Virus record (IMG/VR): IMGVR_UViG_3300008459_000240
Location: 1 to 30,541 of that record
Strand: one strand, 5' to 3'
Origin: a virus
Taxonomy: Duplodnaviria; Caudoviricetes
Length of the DNA: 30,541 nucleotides
Shown: piece by piece, positions 24,969 to 30,541 of the stretch
Position numbering within the stretch: the first letter of the stretch is position 1
Layout: each line of letters opens with the position of its first letter
Made by a program: the position numbers and the translations under genes
Notes under the pieces: model-generated
What the model saw: the letters and a program-made list of their open reading frames with translations, nothing else
What the model was told of the DNA's origin: nothing
Database searches by the model: none

Positions 24969-27098
24969 TTAATTAAATTTAAATAAATAATTTTGAGCAG
25001 GATTAACTGCTGTTATATATCTTGATTTATAAACATTATAATTTACAGGTCCCCAAGGATAAGTAGAGCCAGATTGAGGAAAGGTATATTTAATAAAAGC
25101 AGAATTTGGGTTAGCTGGGTCATATACTATGTACCCATTACCCTCATATATATTTAGTAAATCACCATAGCTTTCAGGGTAAGCAAAATATATATATTTT
25201 TCTGTTCCTTGTATAGATAAAGTTTTATTTGATTCACCTGTTATTAATTTAGTTATACCAGGATCAGATTCTAATTGTCCTGAGTTTGTGTAGCTTGCTG
25301 ATGTCATCCCGTAAAAAATAGGGTAAACGTAATTTAAAGTAGCTTCATCTTTTATATTTGGTAAAGCGGATGAAGAAGGATGAGCTCCTTGAATTGTAAA
25401 AGTAACAGGACCTTCTGTACTTTTATTTATAATTCGAGTACTACCAACACTTAAATTATTAGTAGTTGCTAAAACATTATCTCCAAAATAGTGATTAAAA
25501 GCACCTATAATTCCAGTTCCAGAAGCAGTGAAACTAGCACTATAAGCAAATCTTCCGGCACCTGGGCTATCAGGAGTAGCATTAAAATCAGCTGTATTAA
25601 ATGTTAAAGAATGACTAACTTCTCTATAAATATCAGTTGTTGGGTTAAATGTAGTTGCTCCTCCAAGTTTTAAGAGATTAAAAGTTATTGTAGGGTCTAT
25701 ATAATCTATAAGTATATCTCTTAAAATATCTTCTAGTAATGTACCTATAGGATATGTTGTTCCAGAATCTGATCCACCTACTGTTATGTTAGTAAGTAGA
25801 TTATTTAATAAAACAGCGCTTCCGCTACCTCCTCCACCTGGTATATATACATTAACAACACTTCCACTTAATGAAGCGGATACTCCACTGCCTGTAAAGT
25901 TAAATATAGTTGTATTTGAAGTGACTGTATTTCCTTCGTCTCTAGTTTCTAAACCACCTAATATTGAAGCTGTGTAAAATACTTGACCAGTTTCTGGTTC
26001 ATATGTTAAAATATAAGGTTGGCTTGATGTAGGTAATCCTTGTAAAAATACATTTGAAGCACTAACTTGAAACCATGATTGAGAAGTAAATAAAAGATTA
26101 TGACGAGTAATATTAACTATTGAAAATGTGTCAATATTATCATAATAATTTTGAGTTAATTTTCCATCAATAGTGATTTCATACTCACTAAAACCTTTAG
26201 ACTCAACAGCTATTATAGGGAAAGTTTCACTAACACTACTAGAAGCAGAAACTAATGTTATAATTGAACTAGTGAGTAGTCCTATAGGAGAAAATTGAGA
26301 ATAAATATTAAATACAGAACTACCAGTTGTTGGACTACTACCTAAATTTCCACTTTCTATAAGTCTAGCGTAACCATCACCAATTATAAAAGCACTTTGA
26401 GATGTAGTAAAAATATTGTATTGACCAACAACAGTTTGGTAATTACCTAAAGCTACTGTATTATTACCTTCAGTGTGAGAATAATGTCCTACAGCATATG
26501 ATCCACTACCTTCTGAATGAGCTCCAATACCTATAGCGTGGGTTCTTTCTCCTTCAGAATGAGCTATATATGTTCTAGCTATTTTATTACCAAGTAAGTT
26601 TTGTATATAAAATGTACCTAAACTACCTACAAAAGAAGTAGTAGTGTGTATATTATTAACATCTAAAACAATATATGAGCTTGTACCATCCCATGATGTA
26701 CTATTAATTTTAGCTACAGTTGTGCCTTGATTATTATCAAATTCATAATCATTTAAATAAATATAATCTCCAATCCTAAATGAAGATGTTATATTACCAT
26801 ATTCAGCTGATAAAGTAACAGAACCTGATAAGATAGAGGATGAGTAGGTATTAAGTAGCCCAGTGTATGTATTAGCTCCTTCAGCGTGAGAGTAATATCC
26901 TAAAGCATTAACATTGTTACCTTGTTGAAAACTATGAATTGGATAAATATATCTGAAGTAAGCATCAGCCCCAAATTTACCTTTTTTATTATATTGAATA
27001 TAAGTATCTAAAGGTGCAGGTATACCATTTAAAGCATAAGACGCTGTGTCAGCTATACCTGCTCTTCGAGCATATTGACTTAAATAGACTTGGGCCAT
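24969..27098 (-). CDS. Fibre/structural protein with SHAEG (YadA/Hep-Hag-like) repeats
   Basis: 709 aa with SHAEG, AHSEG (x2) and SHTEG repeats, then YQTVVGQYN..AFIIGDG. C-terminal YIYFAYPESYGDL domain. Confidence 0.65.
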   Translation of the reverse strand: MAQVYLSQYARRAGIADTASYALNGIPAPLDTYIQYNKKGKFGADAYFRYIYPIHSFQQGNNVNALGYYSHAEGANTYTGLLNTYSSSILSGSVTLSAEYGNITSSFRIGDYIYLNDYEFDNNQGTTVAKINSTSWDGTSSYIVLDVNNIHTTTSFVGSLGTFYIQNLLGNKIARTYIAHSEGERTHAIGIGAHSEGSGSYAVGHYSHTEGNNTVALGNYQTVVGQYNIFTTSQSAFIIGDGYARLIESGNLGSSPTTGSSVFNIYSQFSPIGLLTSSIITLVSASSSVSETFPIIAVESKGFSEYEITIDGKLTQNYYDNIDTFSIVNITRHNLLFTSQSWFQVSASNVFLQGLPTSSQPYILTYEPETGQVFYTASILGGLETRDEGNTVTSNTTIFNFTGSGVSASLSGSVVNVYIPGGGGSGSAVLLNNLLTNITVGGSDSGTTYPIGTLLEDILRDILIDYIDPTITFNLLKLGGATTFNPTTDIYREVSHSLTFNTADFNATPDSPGAGRFAYSASFTASGTGIIGAFNHYFGDNVLATTNNLSVGSTRIINKSTEGPVTFTIQGAHPSSSALPNIKDEATLNYVYPIFYGMTSASYTNSGQLESDPGITKLITGESNKTLSIQGTEKYIYFAYPESYGDLLNIYEGNGYIVYDPANPNSAFIKYTFPQSGSTYPWGPVNYNVYKSRYITAVNPAQNYLFKFN

Positions 27099-27113
27099 TA
27101 ACTACTTTTTGAT

Positions 27114-27122
27114 TATAAATAT
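27114..27122 (-). promoter_or_regulatory. ATATTTATA motif (candidate late promoter)
   Basis: 15 nt upstream of the ATG at 27098. Confidence 0.55.
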
Positions 27123-27141
27123 TAAAAATTATAGTAGTTAA

Positions 27142-28104
27142 TTAAGTAAAGTTATACTTAACACTCCAAAATATAATTTTATTTATACAAATAAACTCTA
27201 ATATATCATAAGCAAATGGGTCTGGTGTAGGGTTGTAAGTGCCTCCTCCATTGTTTTCAATATAGTTGGTTACAGATCCTCCACCTGTAGAAGTTGGTAA
27301 AAGAAAATTTCGGCTACCTATATTGTCTTGTTTTATTATTAAAGTACCTTTAACATACTCTAAAGGATTTCCAAAATAATTAATTTCAAAATCTGTAATA
27401 TCATCACTTAATGTGACAAAAGCTATACTACCACTTTTGCCTATATCCCACTCAAAAGATTTATTAAAAGGTAAAGTATTAAGTTGAGGAAAGGTTTGTG
27501 TATATATATTAGCTTCATTGGTTTGTATTTTACCTAAAACATTAATATTACCATTAACTGCTAAAGAAGATGTTGTAGATTCTATAATAGGTGGAAATTT
27601 GTTTTGAGATCCTGATTTTTGTATAGTTACTAAATTAGTATTTTTATTAAAAGTAAAATCACTACTACCATTAAAAGCAGTACTATCATTAAATTGTATA
27701 GCTGTATTTGTACCTCCCGGAGTTCCACCTCCGCCTCCACTACTCCCAGTATTAATAGTGATGCTAAATTGACTATTATTTCCTTTAGTAAATGTTATAG
27801 TATTTAAATTTACAGAAGCTGTTATTAAAGCATTTGGGGTATTAGAAGCAGTTAATGCTTGAGAAGCACTTTGAGCCCAGCTTGCAGTACCATTGAAACT
27901 ACCAGTAAAACTTCCACTAAATGATCCTGTATTGTAGGATGATGTAAATGTGTTTATACTTGAAGTAAACGCGTTAAAACTTGAAGTAGTTACTAATCCA
28001 CTAGTATCTATTGTACTACCCCCAGTGTTTAAAGCATATGAAGCTGTTAAAGCATAAGATGCTGATAAAGGATTTGATAGTTGTTCTTTTCTGATTATAC
28101 TCAT
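27142..28104 (-). CDS. Short fibre/structural protein
   Basis: 320 aa with SASYALTASYA, GSFSGSFTGSF and GGTNTAIQFND modules shared with the other fibres. C-terminal LIIKQD..GSR..DILEF domain. Confidence 0.65.
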   Translation of the reverse strand: MSIIRKEQLSNPLSASYALTASYALNTGGSTIDTSGLVTTSSFNAFTSSINTFTSSYNTGSFSGSFTGSFNGTASWAQSASQALTASNTPNALITASVNLNTITFTKGNNSQFSITINTGSSGGGGGTPGGTNTAIQFNDSTAFNGSSDFTFNKNTNLVTIQKSGSQNKFPPIIESTTSSLAVNGNINVLGKIQTNEANIYTQTFPQLNTLPFNKSFEWDIGKSGSIAFVTLSDDITDFEINYFGNPLEYVKGTLIIKQDNIGSRNFLLPTSTGGGSVTNYIENNGGGTYNPTPDPFAYDILEFICINKIIFWSVKYNFT

Positions 28105-28106
28105 GT

Positions 28107-29372
28107 TTAAACAAATTTACCTATAGCAACTACTTCATCTGTGTTTACTAAAGTAAACCCTAATTCAGTTGTATTAATTGTTAATGTACATGTTCCATTA
28201 TTATTATCAACAAATGTTGTTATAGCCGCAGGTTCAATAAGTTGACCATTTACAAAATATGTAAATGAGTTTTTATTTGTATCTGGTAAGCTACTAGGGG
28301 CAACATAAAATGAAGCATTGAATATAGCAGTGTTAGAAGCTACAGTTGTTGCTGTTACAGCTTTATTAACATTTAGATATATTAAAGCTGCTGGGTCTAT
28401 TACAGTATTATTATTTATTATATTAGTTACATTTTGGGAGTCAAATATGTTAGCTATACCTGTACCTTGAGTTGAGGTTTGTTTAGTATTAGCTTCAAAA
28501 TTTTCTAAGTCACCACCTGTAACTTCTAAACCAAAAACAATTCTATTTTTTTCAGAAAATTTACGAGCTGCTTTTAAATCTTTTTGAATAGTGTCTGGGA
28601 TGATGTATCCATATATGTTTAAGGTAAAAGTACTTTTTACTATTCTTTCTCCACTTTCAGATAAATCAGCTGTTGTATTAAAAGAATTAACAGTAGCTTT
28701 AAATTTAAATCTTTCAGGATCACCCCAATATGAGTCAGAAGCATATTCAATAGCTTCTACTATTTTATTTAATTGATCATTATAGTAAGTAGAAATTACA
28801 CAATCATAAGTTATAGATACATGATCAGGAACTACAGTGACATAATATGTTTTTTCAGGTTTAACATTATTTAACATATTAAATTTACTGTACTCATTTC
28901 TTTTTTTATACGATTGTCCTATAACCGCTATATTATGAGGATTATTAGCATCTAATTTATTATTTAAACTTCTATCTTTAGTAATAGTATTACGTTTAAA
29001 CATTAAAATAGGAGCCATTATTTTACCTTGTAGATCTCTATAATATCCATCTTTTTGGAATGATTTCCATTTTTCAGGTGAACCATATATTACAGGTACT
29101 ACTAATCTTTCACCATTTTGAAATACAGTAGGTCGAATAACATTTTGAAAATAATACATTACTGCTTCATCTATATCCTGTATTCCAATAGACATAGGTT
29201 TAGTAGAATCATCCTTAAAAGAAGTTTGATTCGCTCTATTAGGATTACCAAAATCATTAGGATTACCAGTAGGAGAAAAACCAGGTGACCCGGCTGGGGG
29301 TATATAAGGCTCCTGTCGAGATTTACTCAACTCCTTTTGTGTTTTTGGAACTGGTTTTCTTTTGTTTATCAT
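28107..29372 (-). CDS. Tail terminator / sheath stabiliser (T4 gp15-like) with C-terminal extension
   Basis: VPVIYGSPEKW, PDHVSITY, QLNKIVE, F.LNIYGYIIP. Follows the neck genes with an ATGA overlap. Confidence 0.7.
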   Translation of the reverse strand: MINKRKPVPKTQKELSKSRQEPYIPPAGSPGFSPTGNPNDFGNPNRANQTSFKDDSTKPMSIGIQDIDEAVMYYFQNVIRPTVFQNGERLVVPVIYGSPEKWKSFQKDGYYRDLQGKIMAPILMFKRNTITKDRSLNNKLDANNPHNIAVIGQSYKKRNEYSKFNMLNNVKPEKTYYVTVVPDHVSITYDCVISTYYNDQLNKIVEAIEYASDSYWGDPERFKFKATVNSFNTTADLSESGERIVKSTFTLNIYGYIIPDTIQKDLKAARKFSEKNRIVFGLEVTGGDLENFEANTKQTSTQGTGIANIFDSQNVTNIINNNTVIDPAALIYLNVNKAVTATTVASNTAIFNASFYVAPSSLPDTNKNSFTYFVNGQLIEPAAITTFVDNNNGTCTLTINTTELGFTLVNTDEVVAIGKFV

Positions 29373-29878
29373 AATCTTTGTTTGATTATATTATATTTGT
29401 CTGCAGGCACATAATGAGCTGTACAGATAACACTTACATTATAACCAAAATTCTCTAAGCCTGGGTTTAATGGGTTTTCATTATATGGGAAATCAGGATT
29501 TTTACCAGCAAAATATTGAGTTTCATTAGTATTATCTATTTCAAAATAACTTTCTTGATATAGAATAATATCACCTACCTCAGGATGGACATTAATTGTC
29601 ACTAAATCATCTCGTAAAAAAGATACAGTTATTCCCCAATCAAAATCAACACCTAACTCACTAGTAGGGGAAGTAGTAGCATTAACTTCAATTAATGAGT
29701 TAAATAAAAATGGACCTTCTAAAAATTTACCTTCAGAAGCTTCTCCATACATGTTAATAGAGGTTTGTTCTAAAGAAAATTTATATAAAGCACATTGTTG
29801 AGTAATAACATTCCCTAGCAACTCTCGGTTAACATGTCTAAATACACTTACATCTCTTGATCCTCCAAATAGTGCCAT
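29369..29878 (-). CDS. Neck / head closure protein (T4 gp14-like)
   Basis: NMYGEA..K, FLRDDL, PEVGDII..YFEI. TAATG coupling to the upstream neck gene. Confidence 0.7.
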   Translation of the reverse strand: MALFGGSRDVSVFRHVNRELLGNVITQQCALYKFSLEQTSINMYGEASEGKFLEGPFLFNSLIEVNATTSPTSELGVDFDWGITVSFLRDDLVTINVHPEVGDIILYQESYFEIDNTNETQYFAGKNPDFPYNENPLNPGLENFGYNVSVICTAHYVPADKYNIIKQRL

Positions 29879-30541
29879 TATCCTATATATATTACCATTG
29901 GTACATTATTAATTTCTTGTTTTCTAAAATCACTTTCTTGAGCTCTTCTTTCAAGTAATGATTTTTTAGAAGTTTCATCTAAATATACTCTTAATCTTTC
30001 AATTAAAGCTAATTTTTCAGCTGTAGCAGCTGATAATAAATCTGCTTGATTTAATGTTACTTCTCGACCTGGTATAGGGATTGTTCCGTATTTACCACGA
30101 ACATACCCTAGCATTTCTTTACAAAGTGCTAAAGCATAATCAAATATCCATGACTTACCAACAGCATTTATTTGAGAATAAGTTGGATAATTATATGGAG
30201 CATTTGATACATTTGTGACTTTATCACCTCCAGTCTGGGTAATGCTATCTGTATATCTGTCTTCTACTTTAATATATTCAAACCATAAAAATCCTCCTCT
30301 AACATCATTATATGAGGGTATAGGGAATATTTTTAAATTGTTATTTATAAGTTCAAATGTGTAATTAGATAAGCGAATAGTATTACTTAATTCTAGCCCT
30401 TGAATTACTCCAGCATCATACGCAACAGGCATCATTAAATAACCACCTCCATATCCTCCACCATACATCCCACCATATATGCCTGCTGCGGGTAAACCAC
30501 CTAATCCCGCAAAGCCTCCAAACGGAGCATACATTTGGTTT
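29878..30541 (-). CDS. Neck / head-tail adaptor (T4 gp13-like), 5'-truncated by the window
   Basis: WIFDYALALCKEMLGYVRGKY..IPGREVTLN...PMVIYIG. The frame stays open upstream of the ATG at 30534 (AAC CAA ATG). Confidence 0.75.
   Translation of the reverse strand, partial: NQMYAPFGGFAGLGGLPAAGIYGGMYGGGYGGGYLMMPVAYDAGVIQGLELSNTIRLSNYTFELINNNLKIFPIPSYNDVRGGFLWFEYIKVEDRYTDSITQTGGDKVTNVSNAPYNYPTYSQINAVGKSWIFDYALALCKEMLGYVRGKYGTIPIPGREVTLNQADLLSAATAEKLALIERLRVYLDETSKKSLLERRAQESDFRKQEINNVPMVIYIG

Noticed and set aside
2169-28776. Plus-strand ORFs in the track (2169, 9511, 10462, 11761, 12755, 15257, 16369, 16709, 17307, 23470, 25786, 28591) and the nested minus ORF 16552-16797
   Set aside because: All overlap well-supported minus-strand genes and have no recognisable motifs. 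They are antisense or alternative-frame shadows.

Overview
AT-rich segment of a large, T4-like (contractile-tailed) dsDNA phage genome. All credible genes are on the minus strand. In transcription order: neck proteins (gp13- and gp14-like), tail terminator (gp15-like), an ~12 kb block of modular fibre/adhesin genes with small chaperones, tail sheath, tail tube, a gp26/gp51-like chaperone pair apparently joined by a +1/-2 frameshift at a T7 run, tape measure, tube initiator, LysM baseplate protein, baseplate hub fused to an atypical M23 peptidase, and a hypothetical protein. The ORF track missed two genes. One is a very compact, nearly thumbless family A DNA polymerase (1..1116, running off the window) with His at the steric-gate position. 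The other is a 48-aa gene (18620..18766) that is a free-standing copy of the N-terminal module of the two adjacent Gly-rich adhesins. An ATATTTAT(A) motif precedes many structural genes and is a candidate late promoter. The lack of Shine-Dalgarno sites hints at a Bacteroidota host. All family assignments come from motif recognition and synteny; no database searches were run.
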